Shown here piece after piece: positions 1-13,173 of a stretch of 64,000 bases of DNA. The translations under genes and the position numbers were made by a program. This DNA comes from Botryllus schlosseri. Taxonomy: Eukaryota. The DNA lies in assembly GCA_051294905.1 (NCBI GenBank), contig CM119378.1, forward strand, positions 24,490,001-24,554,000, in the 5' to 3' direction. The notes under the pieces are model-generated. The model did no database searches, was not told the DNA's origin, and saw nothing but the letters and a program-made list of their open reading frames with translations. How positions within the stretch are numbered: the first letter of the stretch is position 1; the number at the start of each line of letters is the position of its first letter.

Positions 1-545
1 GCGACCGATTTTGCAGCTTCGTTCCGCTTCACTGAAGCTTTACTCAGACTTATTTTACGGCAGCTACTGTAGGATTTATGGCAATCCAAAAGTTGTCTTC
101 CAGAGCTCAGAACTTACTGAATCTGGTCTTGATCGAAAGCTACTGTTGCACTGATTCCGAAAATATCAATCAAAATACGATCAGGCTCCGTACTTAGATG
201 ATAAATCACCCTCAACATCTAAAATCTTCATTGTTCAGAACAATCGGATGAACGCAAAACAATGACCACAACAATGACCCATTGCGGCTCTTCGATTGTT
301 CGGACAATGCCGATAATTCAGACTTGAAGGGCGAATTCTAAGCGGCCCAGTGCCTGATCATATTTTCATTTACATTTTCGGATTCAGTGTGACAGTAGCT
401 TTCGATCAATACCAGATTCAGTAAGTTCTGTAAGTTCTCTGGAAGACAACTTTTGGATTGCCATAAATCCTACAGTAGCTGCCGTAAAATATGTCTGAGT
501 AAAGCTTCAGTGAAGCGGAACGAAGCTTCAAAATCGGTCGCTGCC
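1..545. mobile_element. Fold-back MITE with long inverted arms, cut by the window start
   Basis: 1-~165 is the near-perfect reverse complement of ~378-541. A diverged copy of the internal part recurs at ~56580-56730. Confidence 0.75.
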
Positions 546-569
546 ATTCCACGTTTACATTCTATAGTG

Positions 570-1281
570 ATACCAAAGTCCAATATGACCTGAGTGAGGT
601 GATATTAAAGTCCAATATGACCTGGACATCAACTACCCACGCCTCTCCGGCTCCTTCCTGCCAGCAGACGTGGTCTGGTAACTAACTTTCCGCTGGACAG
701 GCGGATGTGGGGTTCCGTAACCGTCCGAAACTAGGTAGCTCTCGGGACAGGTCTGGCTAATATGAGACAGCGTCTCCCGTCGGTCACGAGACCTGCATCC
801 GTGTGATGGGCGCATCGGGTTCACGTCACTTCGTCTACTGGCGTCTCTCGCTCGGAATTTTGCTAAATTACCATGGATCTTAATCGTTTCGACGAACCCG
901 CGACCACTGAGAAACTTCGTGCCGTCCGTTACCCACCGGTGCACCGTGGGCACATCATCAACTTCCGCCAGCCCTCTACCGTCCGCCGACTGATAGAGCC
1001 ACTCGGCGTACTTCGACTTCTCGTCGTCTAAGGAATCGACTCCAATCCCTTGAACATTAGGTAGCCCCAACCTCTTCAGTACCCTTGACACGTACCGTCC
1101 ATGCCCAAGCGCTCTCATTGAAGGTTCGCTGGAGTCCTGCATCCGGGTAAGCCGTTTTCTCTGTAGGAGGGCTAGTCGAGACGCCAGGGAGGACACTCCA
1201 AGTCCACCATATGATACATCGGCATGAATGAAGGCCACCGTCGGGTCCTTCGGAAGATGGAGCCGTTTCCTCACATCATAG
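570..1281 (-). mobile_element. R2-clade non-LTR retrotransposon fragment (RT C-terminus, CCHC zinc knuckle, REL endonuclease start), frameshifted
   Basis: ORF 633-1346 has LHLPKD..FIHADVSYGGLGV, RWVTDGTKFLSGRGFV and CR..ETLSHISQTC. Shifted frames at ~610-720 give VTEPHIRL and PDHVCW...VVDVQV, the REL PD..D motif. Confidence 0.85.
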
Positions 1282-1282
1282 T

Positions 1283-1850
1283 ATTCTAAGGTGGTGTAGA
1301 CACTAGCGATGGTTCCGCTTCGGCAGTTTGGGAAAGCAGTCGCCAAGATACATTCTCTGCCGCTTGAGCATAGGGAAAAGTTGCGTTCTAATCAGATGTA
1401 GGAGGTTAATTGGTTAGCGCGGTATGTTTTCTGTGCGCAATTCCTGATGATGAGATATCAATTCATAAATTAAGATGTGAAATTTTGCTGCCGGCAAGTT
1501 TTTTCAGGTAGTGTGATTGGGATGTTATCGTATGGCATTGCAACTGGAGTAACCTGTCATAAATTCCTTGTTAATCTTATCGTTATCATGCTATATGTAC
1601 GCCAACATGCCTTTTGTATCATATCAGGCAAGTAATATATCCGACGATTCTATAATTTTTCAAAATGTGACCTGTGGCTGGTACCAAGAATCCTGTCCGT
1701 ACAGTGAGAGACAAAAGAATCACAAAGTTGGAGGAATTTGTTGAAGAGCTACTGCGGTGAAAGATGTGTGTCAGTTAAAAGAATTCAGCATTATATCTTC
1801 TATGACATTGATCACTTACATGAGAAAGTGGAATAATTCGGGCAACAGAA
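1283..1850 (+). repeat. Dispersed repeat, copy A (inverted copy at ~20490-21075)
   Basis: Blocks such as aaattttgctgccggcaagtttttt and caggcaagtaatatatccgacgattctataatttttcaaaatg match the reverse complement of copy B. Confidence 0.85.
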
Positions 1851-2599
1851 TCATAAATTGTCCAGCAGAAATTTCGTCTTTTTGTGCGAGAGGCGTCTTC
1901 GGAAGATGGATTTTGTGAGGCCATGTACATTTTCTCAAGGTATGTCGGAAGCTATTTTGGAAACCTTTTTAGAATCGTTGAGGTTCGGGGGTCACATTTT
2001 TCCCTTAGTCAATATGATACCTTCCAATCAGGGGTGGACAACCTGCAGCTGTAGTGAGAAATTGGTTCTCATATACCTAGTACCCTCTGTTACACGGAGA
2101 ACACTGTTTGAAATTCGAGAGAATGGTTGTAAAAGAAGTGTAATATGACGAAGCATATATTTTATTGAGGTTTATTTGAACTCATATGGAACAGATGAAC
2201 TTAACCCCACCAAAAATTGACGTGTAAGCGTAAAGAAAAGGGTAGAAATGTAGTGTAGAATAATTTGAACTTGAAGGCATTAATGTAGTATTCGTGTACC
2301 GAGGATAAATACAAGGAACGAACATTAACGATCAGAGGTATAATCTGTCGGCCATTTTAATTGAGGCGAAATGTGAACTCGCCGGCTGTATAGTCAGTGA
2401 ATCGCGGCAACCACATATTTAAATCTAGCTTGGTAGAGTGAATAACTGTTATCGCTTAATGGGCGATGCGAATTCAGGAAGTTATAAGGGGTCAAATTTC
2501 ATAATCGATGCCATATGGTATAACTCGAATGAGATGCGAAGACCTATCGTTGCGGCAAAGTTAATATGACGGCGAGCAGCGGACTTTTAATTTACCAAA

Positions 2600-3620
2600 T
2601 TAATGCGACCTGTAGTTGCGTTTTTTTTATATACATACGGGAATACATGACCTTTGGAATTATTGTTGAAATTAGTTCGGTAAGCTCACGTCAGAAAAAC
2701 GACAATTGTATGTGATCCTAAATTCACACTCAATTTGAATCTCCATTCACGCGGGTGAAAAGCGCCGTGTGTTAGCGATCGTGGGGATGCGTTGTCACGG
2801 GTATTTGACATAGCACGTAGGAAAATGTGAATTATGATCTCACCTTTATAGGGGAGATACAATAATAGCCTGATCATTCGCGCGTTATTATCTGTGCTCT
2901 CCCGTATATACCGCATGATGGATGTTAATTCTCATCTGCTTTGTACAATTGATCGCTTGGTCAGTATGGTAAGCGTTTGCTCTGTAATTAATACTGTGCA
3001 GAAGTGCATTATGCGGTGCTTGGCGTTGGGTTGTGCTGTCAGGTGCTGATGAGGCGCGAGATTCGCGGCGGTGCGAGTTCTGAATTAGTTCAAGTAGTTT
3101 TGCTGAACGGACGTTTTCGACACTGGCTTGCTGGTTGGTGATGCAACATGATAACGAGATTACCATATGGATGGCCGCGTAGTGAAAACCCGCGTGAACC
3201 TACCACTTTTTGATCATGAAACTCGAGAACAATCCATCTAAGGTAAACACCCAGCTACGTATCTCGTGCGGCCGATATAAATATACAAGCGAAGATATAT
3301 CTGACGTGATACTGTATCTATACCAAAGTAATGTGACCTGTAGTTGTATTTTGACCCTTTTAAAACTCCGCAATTTTGCAACTATTCGGTGAAAGAAAAC
3401 ATAAAGTTAACTCGACGTTGAATTTCAATAAATTCACCTCAGGAAAATCAACAATAGTCCGGGATTCTAAACTCGCACTAAATTCGGGTGATCAACGCCG
3501 TGTGTTAACAATCGTTGGCATATGATGTCGCATGTATTTGACACAGCGCGCAAGAATATATGTATTCTGGTTTCGCCCGTACAAAGAAGATACAAATTAT
3601 TCGTGCGGTACTCTCTATGC
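2600..3620 (+). repeat. Diverged direct repeat, ~300 bp units at ~2600-2900 and ~3325-3620
   Basis: Shared colinear blocks: gacctgtagttg, cgccgtgtgtta..atcgt, gtatttgaca.agc, gaagataca/ggagataca. Confidence 0.55.
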
Positions 3621-4863
3621 TATAATCCAGTTTAGGAGAACCTCGAATGAATTTCGTGTGCGCATAATGAAACAACAGCGCCCGCTGGCGACCTAAAGAA
3701 ATATATGAACAAAAGTCGCCCTTTTAATAAAAAAGGGGGGCTATTTGTGATGCGCTAGGTCGTCGCTTCGACCAATTATGGGCCAGCCAAGCTAAGGTCG
3801 TACAGGGTATGCCTCTGACGCCTAAAAATACTAGGATCCCGGAGTTCAAGCTAGGCTTCGCATGAAAACCCGAATTGAAGAATTCTTGTTGTTAGACGTT
3901 GTTGTGTGTGGGTTGCTGAGTAAGCTTGTAAAAGGACTGACAACCCAAAGGTAATGTATTTCTCTGAGTGGGGGAAAGGTGATTGCAGCGAGCGAGGTAC
4001 TGCAATGTATTGGGTTGGCACAAAATCAAAAAGGGCGACCGATGTTTCTATCCAAATAAGGAGCCGAGGCCGAATCGTGACACTTAGTCATTTCTGCTCG
4101 TGCACGAAGTCGTTATAATGGGTCATTTATAATGATGAGGGAGATTAACTCGCACACGAAGCTGTGCCATTTTGGTAGCTGGTAGAGCCGAAAACAATTA
4201 GTTAATGGCCGCGGATGGAGCACGAACTGTGATTCATAAAAAGATTAAAAAGAAAATAACTCATCACGAACTGGGCCCGAAACTTATAGCCAGCTCTTGG
4301 CAGGGAAGTCTTTGTTTGTTTTTGAAACAGAAATGCATATAAGCAGCCTCGAATCACCATCTATCCAGTCCAATTCGGACTCCAACACGAAGCGGAGGAA
4401 TTGAAGCTTAGAAAGGCCGCATCTACGTACGGACGAGGCTGGCATTGTTGCACCGAGGTTACGTAATCGAAGATCAGAGCGTATGTATATTTAAGTTTAT
4501 TCAGTATTTGATTCAAGATAAATGACCAATTAATTTGTCCTACACCCAGTTGGCAAAGTGTAGTGACTTTGCATCATCATGCATACTTCGAAAATTCAAT
4601 TTGGCTTGAATGATGAAGGTACTTGGCTGGGCTCGGGTCGAAATGTGTAATGTCTCAAGGTGACTCGAAGGTAGTGGTTTGATATCCACACTGTTCTGAG
4701 GTCACAAGAGTTTATGGTTATAGCTATTCTGGAACACAGTGCAACTGTATAAAAAGTGCTAGTCGTTTTGAATTCAAAGAAAGGGAACGCTGAAAGACAG
4801 AGAGGGTCCGAATTGTATGACTATTGCTAAAGAAAAGCTAAACTGACTTATGGATGATGTCAG

Positions 4864-6121
4864 CAGAGGTGGTCAAAGTAGTCAAGAAAGCTACTCAAGT
4901 AGAAGTAGGAGTAGCGACGGAAAAATCTACTCAAATACAAGTAGAAGTACTTCTTCAATAAGCCACCTAAAACTACTTGAAGTAGAAGTAGAATTAACTG
5001 ACTTTACATCTACTCAAGTAAGTAAGTAGTTTTGAAAACAGTCTCAATTCGTTCGCATGGACTGTCAAAAGCTGCGAATTGAGCTATGCGGCACGTGCAG
5101 GGAGCTTGATTCGTATTGATGCATCCCAGGAGGTATCAATTTTCGACATAATAAGTATTGTTTCGCATCATGGGATGCAAATTATAGTATTGATATGAAG
5201 ATGCAATACTTATCCTTTGTTTACTAGAGCATCCCGTTTTTAGAGAATATCATGGGATGGCGCCCTACCCCATATTATAAGGCCCCAAGTTTAGGCGAAG
5301 AGCAATACGTAGAAAATGTATCGGATACGGTTACATCACCTTGCGTGATTATTATACGTTAATAACAAATATTGTGGATCGCAAAAGTTATATTTAGTGT
5401 AGGCTAGTTTTATTTTCGGAAAATGGAGGCATTACCACACATGTGTTTATGCTTTAACATCTATGAAAGTAAAAGTATGATACTCGCAATAAAAATGAAA
5501 TACAAATACCACTTCTAAAAAGCGGATAATATATTTCCTGTATTTTGTCCACAAAGCTTAAAAGGTCATCTGCTAAAACAGGTGTAACGTTCAAAAAGGC
5601 TGGATTTTTCAGATTATCAAGACACGTAAGGGGCTGCTAGATTACAATATGATAGGTAATTGCTAGATTGCGAAACGGTAGTTTCAAATGTTGTGGTGGG
5701 CCATATTTACAGTGATGAAATATTTGATAAGGACGGCAATGCGGTGTGAGAGGAACCAAGCAATCCGGTACCTAAATTACATTCACTGATACTTTCATGA
5801 AAACATATTTGTCACTCCATTACTACTATGCGCCAAGCGCAATAAAATTCCTGGGCTTTACTTGACTCTTATGAATATTAAATGTTGGTACTCCATGAAA
5901 ACAGCCGCGGAATTCCTCAAGTTATCGTTCGTATTGGGGAATTAGACTACTTCTACTTGACAAACTGAAAATAGCGAAAAGTAAGTAAGTAGATCACAAA
6001 GTATTTCGAAGTAGAAGTAGAAGTAGAGAAAATCAGATCTACTTGAATAAGTACCAGAAGTAGAGGCAAACTACTTGAGTACTTCCAAAAAGTAGAAGTA
6101 CTTCGTGACTAACCACCTCTG
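4864..6121. mobile_element. Non-autonomous hAT element
   Basis: TIR CAGAGGTGGT/ACCACCTCTG. 8-bp TSD gatgtcag/gatatcag (7/8). Subterminal agtagaagta repeats. Same family as 46071-46348. Confidence 0.85.
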
Positions 6122-6162
6122 GATATCAGTCATATTCTGTTGTAATTCGAATGGGTGATGAC

Positions 6163-7135
6163 TAGGTCCATTTTTATATGACCTTAAAAAATCAATTATA
6201 TGACTTTATGCGAAAATCGTGTATTTTTACATGTAACCAACGTCACTCATGGAACTGACGAGTAAGACATGAACAACATAACAGTAATACGCATCCATTT
6301 TTATTTTAAACCACTTTTGTAGTAGTTTCATGTAGTGTGGAATGTTGGAGACTTTAAAGTTACGATTGGACGTAAAATTACTTTAGTAAGGAAAATGAGC
6401 GCTCCACAGACGCTGATGTGGGTTGACACTTTGCAGTTTTGCATACAGCGCTGGTGAAATGTCTTGTCTTTGTAGCTCCATAATTTGTTTCACATCGTTT
6501 TTGTCCAATCGCTTCTTAATGTAATTTTTGAGCTCAAGCGGATCTTTTGCGAATTCGAGGGCATTTAGATCAGCATGAGCCTCTTTGATAGTGTACGTTA
6601 CATTTTCAGTATCAAGTTTGAAATATTGTTGTAGTGGAGGCATATTTCTGTTAACTCGTCAACTTTGGCTCGTTCACTGAATCTTTGACGCTCTTTATAA
6701 AAACTCCTTCAGCTTCCCATGCGTTGACTATTTCTTTCACTTGTGGAAGTCTCTGAACTTCAAATGACGTCCCACTTCAGTGCACAGAAGTAAAACAGAT
6801 TGTGTAGCAACACAATGCAATGTGTGACCTCATAATGCAATGTGTGACCTCGTAAGTCTGCGACTGTAATGTTATGTAGGCTAACCTTACAGTTTGCCTT
6901 CGTTCAATCGGAAATTGCCTTACTTTCTTAGTGCGTAATTGTTTCATTTGGCACTTTTTATTTAAAGTATACAACAATATGACTTTATAACTCAAATATG
7001 ATCTAACCAGGAAAATATGACTTTATATGACTTTATAACTTTCTTAATATACCCCATATGGATGCGGGTTTTGCGTTAAAATTGATTTCACGACTTACTG
7101 ATGCATAGAAAAAGATATGACTTTAAATGGCCCTA
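6163..7135 (-). mobile_element. hAT deletion derivative with transposase C-terminal remnant
   Basis: TIR TAGGTCCATTT/AAATGGCCCTA. Perfect TSD GTGATGAC. ORF 6383-6643 continues, after a frameshift, into CQPTSASVERSFSLL (hAT dimerization motif). Confidence 0.9.
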
Positions 7136-10100
7136 GTGATGACATATAAAATCCTTCGCGAATATTGCCGTTTGTTCTCAAACATGCGCAGTATATAGTC
7201 CTAGTCGCCACGGATGAAACAAAGAAGGCTACACCATATTAACACATTTTATCGATAGTATTCAAAACGGATCATGCTTAACGGTATTGATCCATATCTG
7301 CAGAAACCCGCTCGAATAATCAATACGAAAAGTATGTAATTCATTTACGCGAAAATTTGAGTAGGACAGTTAGTATAGTTTAATTAAAGTCCAGAGATAC
7401 TAATGTCTAGAGATATAAAAGCAGGAAATGACGAGTGCTTATGCCGCGTTTAGTCAATCAGTTTTAATAATATTTTCATCATTTCAAAACACCACGAAAC
7501 TGCGATCCAGGGCAGTAGTACTAACTATCCTGCCGCGTGTATAGTAATTGGCTGCGACAGATTTGGCGAGATGAAAGTGCCTAGTTGAAAGTGAGCCTGA
7601 CTCCAGTCAAGACTTGAATATGCCGAAAAACACTCTATTATTTCGTGTAAGCTTACATGGGCCGAACTAGGACCAAGAATTAGTGAGGATGGAAAATAAT
7701 CACTAGCAGCGATAAAGTTTCCGTAGGGTATGTTGCGGCGTTGTAAATGTGTGGTATCGCAGTGCGCCAATTGTGCCGTTCGCTGTGCATATTTATGCCG
7801 ACAATAAGGCAGGTGCCTTTGTACCTAGATATTCCATGGTTTTGTCAGCATTTTAGAGCATTCTTGTTTAGTGTTTTTGAGGACAATTTACCTCGCTGAC
7901 GTAAGATGAAACGCACTAACTCAAGAATAGCTTCAGAAATATACCCACTTGTCGCATTAAGTAATAACAAGGACAAAGTCAAATTGGATTTATTATTGGT
8001 ACTGCCAGCAGGCGACTCGAACCAGGCTTGGACAACTAAATAATTCTAGTCGTCTAATCTCACGGAATTATAGCGAAATGCCAGTAATCTAATTCTAATT
8101 TTAACATAATTTGGAAAAGCTGTGTAGCTCTAAATCTCATCTAATTAGGAAAAGCTGAAAATTTTCTAGTTGTCCGGGTCTGACTCAATCAAATTGCTAC
8201 CTCGGTACCTTGGTGGTAGACCCTGGAGAAGACCGATATACTTTCCAAAACGATTAGGGCTACTAAAATAATGGATCGATACCTTGGTCTTTAGACCAAG
8301 AATATCGACAGACTTTCCAAAACGTTTTAGGCACCAACTACAATAAATACAGAAATATTATATAACCGGAATTACTAGGCCTATAACATTAGGAATACTT
8401 CAGGCCAGTACTGCTAATATAAAGACCTTAGAAAAGTAACCCATGGTTGAACTTATCCACACATTCGTTTTTCGAAACTGATGTGTCGATGATGGAATAT
8501 GACACTAGCCTAAAACCCGCTTTGTCCGCGTATTCACTTTACGAAGTGAATGCGCCTGACGAGCGCCATTTTGTCGTATTGCAATCATGACGTGTATGAA
8601 CTATGAAGTTTACTGTATTGGCAAAAATCAATCTGCAAAAGGGTATTTTCATGGGAGGGTTTACTATGACGTATTATTGCAACGTGACGCCTATCTTTCT
8701 TATATTGTTCAAGTACTGCATTTACCTAATCTTTGACATTTACCATCATATTGCTTTAAGATGACGCTAACATGTCTTAAATATAGGTATAAGTTATGAA
8801 CATTTAATATGAGAATAGTTGGTTGTTACTGCAGTAATTTAATAAGTACTACAACTGTAGGTATTAATAAGGCGTCATAACTGACCCCGCCCCTATACTA
8901 GTGTCAGGACCCTTCACCCCAACGGGACAAAAGTTTGAAAATTTGATGTGTAATGGACCATAGGACAATAGAAACATGGGCATTTAAAGACCTCTTGGGG
9001 TAAGGCATTGGAGCATATGTGAGTTCGAAATTCGCGATAAGCCTAGTCTATTGCCTATGAAGCACGATATATACGAATGAATAAAAAAGCTTAAGCACAC
9101 CAATACTGGAAATTAAGGAATATAGCATGATTACAATTAGGATATTGGTTCACATATGACTATTATAAGTGAGATGGTATCATTTTGTGCTTATCTGGGA
9201 CTGTGTCGTATGCATGTTAAGTGTTAGCTATACCATCAGTTTGCTTAACCAAAAATGGCGCCACCATTTTTTCATGTATGCGAGCTTTTACAGTGAGCCG
9301 AAGTATGACTGATATATGTATGCATATCTATGCCATATATGATGTCCACATGAATTGTACACTCAGTTGTAGTATCCAATTATTGCATATAAAGACGACA
9401 TCGGTGCGTCCGCTAGTTTCGGCGAACTTGTGACTCTATGCCAATGTAAATCCACCAGTCTGAAACAGAGCCCCAAACGAAGCATCCAGTAGCAGACTAT
9501 ATCCAGAAAACCGGACATTGACGGAGGCATTGCGGAAGGGTTTGACGTCTTTTGAGATTTAAGGGTGATGTTCCGATGTCCCTCTGAAAAATGTTGACAT
9601 GCTATTGATTTGGTCGGCTGCTTGCCGCAGTTGCAAAGTATACAGAAATAAAGCAGTGCGATGAAATAGGAGCGACTGCTAACCGAAATTGCAATGTATA
9701 CATAAATGAAGAAGCTCGATTTAATTTGCTGGAATCGCTCCATAAAGCCGATGGGCTAAAATGGAAAGAGCCAAGAACATAGAGGTATTGCATTCGGAAT
9801 ATCGTTACAACGAACCCTCAACAAACCCCGCGTTCTGTTGGACTTGGAATGCCCGATCTCCGAATCGACAGCACGCAAGTAGGCTATTTGATGACCCTAA
9901 GTAGTAACGACTCAAACAAGGGGTCGGTTCCTGGACTAATTGCGGTTTGATATCTGCATCTGGAAGATTAGGGAACTCTTATAAACAAGGTGGTTGGCAA
10001 ATTGGTCAACTTGAACTCTGTGTGGTATTGTTTTTTTGTGGCATCGATTGGCATATTTCTTGTATATTATATGCATGTTTATTGTCGGCAGGAAATACCG

Positions 10101-11164
10101 TCACATTTATGGTGTAAACACACCTTAGAGTATTGAACTGTTATTAATCGTGCATGAATATGAATAGGTTAAATCTTGACTCGTGTTGTGATTGACGTAT
10201 GTTCCGTGTGCTAACTTAACCGAGTTTGGCATAGATACTTCATTGCTGCCTGCATGATAATTATTGGAGTATTTGGTTGTTATAAGCCAAGGGGCTTGTC
10301 TATTGTATGAATAGTTTGAGCCGCTGGACCTTCCAAGGTCACTGCTTCGTTCGATCAATCTACAACCAATGCTTCAATCAATGTCGACAAAACCGGGTTG
10401 TATAAGGGGTGTGGAAAAACGTGGAAAAGCCAGGAGATGGGGTTGAGCTCTGTGAAGTAAATCGAACCAAGTGTGGAATACTTGTATGGCAAGCGCCATG
10501 AAGCTACACTATAATCAAATGGAGGCACCAACTGGTCTTCTGGGGCTCAGCGTCATTTCTTGGCAATTTCAGTGGACGGGGGAGAGTCTGAAGACGAACA
10601 CATCGATTACCTCCTTACTATCTGCGAACGCCAATCTATGAAAAGAAAAGATCGTCGAAGGATCACAACTGGGGTTTTCTGCGCCGACACGGGAAGCGTC
10701 CTCAAATTGAAAAACGTCGTAGAAACCTAATACCCGCCAAGTTGGGAGGAGCGACAACCTATAGACATGAAACTACGTGATATAGGTGACTCCTCCCACG
10801 TTGACTCCTTAGTAATAATCAATTTCGACGGACTATCGGCTCCATTTGCGATCGAGGAAGGAGACCTCTCGATATTGTAGGTCTAAAATGGATTGATCAT
10901 GTACAACAATTACCAAACATAGCGACTGAATTTGAATCTCCGCCTAATGCAAACGAAGGGTTGTCTTTAGTAACGCTTCATGACGGGATCTCGTGTGATC
11001 AACGGGACGGAACCAAAGTCGGAAGCAGTCTTCGCGACACTGTAACCGATGATGGGTTGATGGAAGCTGCAAACCAGATAAGCGTCGAGCCGGCACGTTG
11101 TCTGTGTCGCCGCAGGCCGTTGCCGCTGGCGCAAGTGTCGGGATGGTAATCACCACTGGCGCGA

Positions 11165-11425
11165 AATGTGTCGAGTTAGGAATCCCTGCTGGCACCAATC
11201 ATAAATACGCCGATCTTACGACGGCAACTGTCTTACCTTCTTTCCCAAAAGGTCAAAAAAATATGGGAAATCCCTAGTGTTGGGTCAGGTAGCCCCTGCT
11301 GGCACTAGTCGAGAAAGTGTCGGGTCAGTTAGCACTGCTGGCACTAACTAAAGATGTGTCGAGTCAGGAATCCCTGACGGCACCAATAATGAAGACGTCG
11401 AGCGCGGAATCCCGGCTGACGTAAA
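11165..11425 (+). repeat. Degenerate ~39-bp minisatellite, about 5 copies
   Basis: Recurrent gtgtcg(a/g)gtcagg.a.cccTGCTGGCAC units at ~11168, 11277, 11318, 11357 and 11397. Confidence 0.7.
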
Positions 11426-12561
11426 TAAGGACCTGCACGAGAAAACTGGTCCTGAAAGCTCTCGTGGATGCAGTTGTCCGAATAACTGTAACAATTCGGC
11501 CCATAGATGCATGACGACAGCCACAGTTATGAGTAATTTCCCAAACAAAGCAGCTGTTACCGGCTAACCGGACACATGTCCGGTCATGACCGGCAGGGAG
11601 TCTGGGGATTTTAAGATGCACGTCTCCCCAGAAACGGGCCCCCGGCGGCGACTGAATCCGCCGGCGTGACGGTAGGCGTGGGCACACGCCGAGATCAGAG
11701 GTCAGATTGAATAGGTTGGGAATCCCCGCTGACAACGAATAACCTCGCCCTTCTCTCCACCAACACCAAAACCCCGTTCATAACGAGATTCGCATTGGGC
11801 CAATAACTGGCCCAATTACTATGTAACCTTACAACAAGACACCAGTCCCAGCGTGAAGACGGAACTCGAAAGTCTCTGTGCACAATCGGTAGCACTGGCG
11901 AAACTGTCATACAAACCTCCTGACTTTTGACTGGCCTAGAAAAAATCGCCATTCCTGAAGGAGTCTTGACAGCCGTTTATGATCCATTTGCTTCCGAACT
12001 TGATAGCCTGCGGGGCCAACTCAGCGCCCCCCAATCCATGAAATACCAATGCGACATCGGACGTAAGGACCCATCGACTAAGCCTTTCGTTTCTGGCCCT
12101 TATAACCCGACGCGGGAGGGTCAGGCGAAGGCACTAAAGGAAGCAATAGATATAATACCTTATTTTGGTATTATTGAACAAGGTTTTGCCGAATGAAAAT
12201 TGGCTATTTTTGTTGTTCATGAGAAAATAAATGAAAGACTACAAGACAAGGCGTGTCGCACTCGATAGTAGCAAGACGGACGTCAGAGGTAAACCCCCAT
12301 CCCAAGAAGTGTACATGATCGCTTACTACAGTCCGACGTGGGTAACTCCAGCGGCGAAAGACTATGATCCAAGCACTACAGCGCTGAAACATCTGCCACC
12401 CCTAACAAAACAATGGCGGATGAAAGCGAGGCTGGTGCAAGGAAGACGATCGAAATCGATGGCTAATAAAAAAGGGGGAGTATAAAACTGTCAAACCAAC
12501 TGATGCGACTTATGGGAAGCAACAGTTGCAAACTCTTCGCGCGTGAAACCAAACCTACGGA

Positions 12562-13173
12562 ATGAAGAAAATCATTGGTGAAACACCAACAACGACGCGA
12601 GTGCATCCGGTCACCACTGCGAAGGCTCTGCAGAACACCACGGAAGACGGCAGGACCGACATCGGAACGGACTACCAAAACCCAGACCACAACCGCAAGG
12701 TAAGTACCGAAACAACTGTTTTGTATTCAACAGGAGACGACAAAGACGACTCGTCCTCGAAGAGTGTCGAACTAATGAATATTACCTTTGAGTCAACGAT
12801 GGCTAACACATCGCCGCAGCCCGGGCAGAAAACCCGAAGTTTGGGAACACCCGCTCCTGAGTATTCCCGAATATCAAGAACCACCGTGGGGAAGACAACC
12901 ACAGATTTCGTTGACCACAACTATACTCGATGGCTGCACGAACTGGTGATGATGGAAGGTGGATATAAGGTAAGTGGATTAAACTTGATCGATAGGATGA
13001 TTATGAAAGGTGCGAAACTGATACCTACACTGAAACCGGTTGCTGTGATAATGATGGTAACCGGGTTGATAGCTCTGGTGATTGTGTTATGGGTAGGTTG
13101 TATAAGGTGTCGTCGACGTAGAACCTTAAGTCGTATGAGGAACACGAGGAGACGAAACGGAACAAGTCAATAG
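12562..13173 (+). CDS. 203-aa Thr/Ser-rich putative type I membrane protein (env-like candidate)
   Basis: T/S-rich N-terminal part, N-X-T/S sequons (NTT, NIT, NTS, NYT), hydrophobic stretch VAVIMMVTGLIALVIVLWVGCI, then an Arg-rich tail. No signal peptide is visible. Confidence 0.5.
   Translation: MKKIIGETPTTTRVHPVTTAKALQNTTEDGRTDIGTDYQNPDHNRKVSTETTVLYSTGDDKDDSSSKSVELMNITFESTMANTSPQPGQKTRSLGTPAPEYSRISRTTVGKTTTDFVDHNYTRWLHELVMMEGGYKVSGLNLIDRMIMKGAKLIPTLKPVAVIMMVTGLIALVIVLWVGCIRCRRRRTLSRMRNTRRRNGTSQ

Noticed and set aside
633-1346. ORF 633-1346 as an intact protein
   Set aside because: The first ~21 codons come from the flanking repeat and the C-terminus is frameshifted R2 sequence.
4100-4470. 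Possible integrase tail (GPKL..W, PRLRNR)
   Set aside because: Motifs are too short and no LTR or PPT supports them.
9253-9265. TGGCGCC as a PBS for the 10.4-13.2-kb element
   Set aside because: No preceding LTR end and no extended tRNA match.
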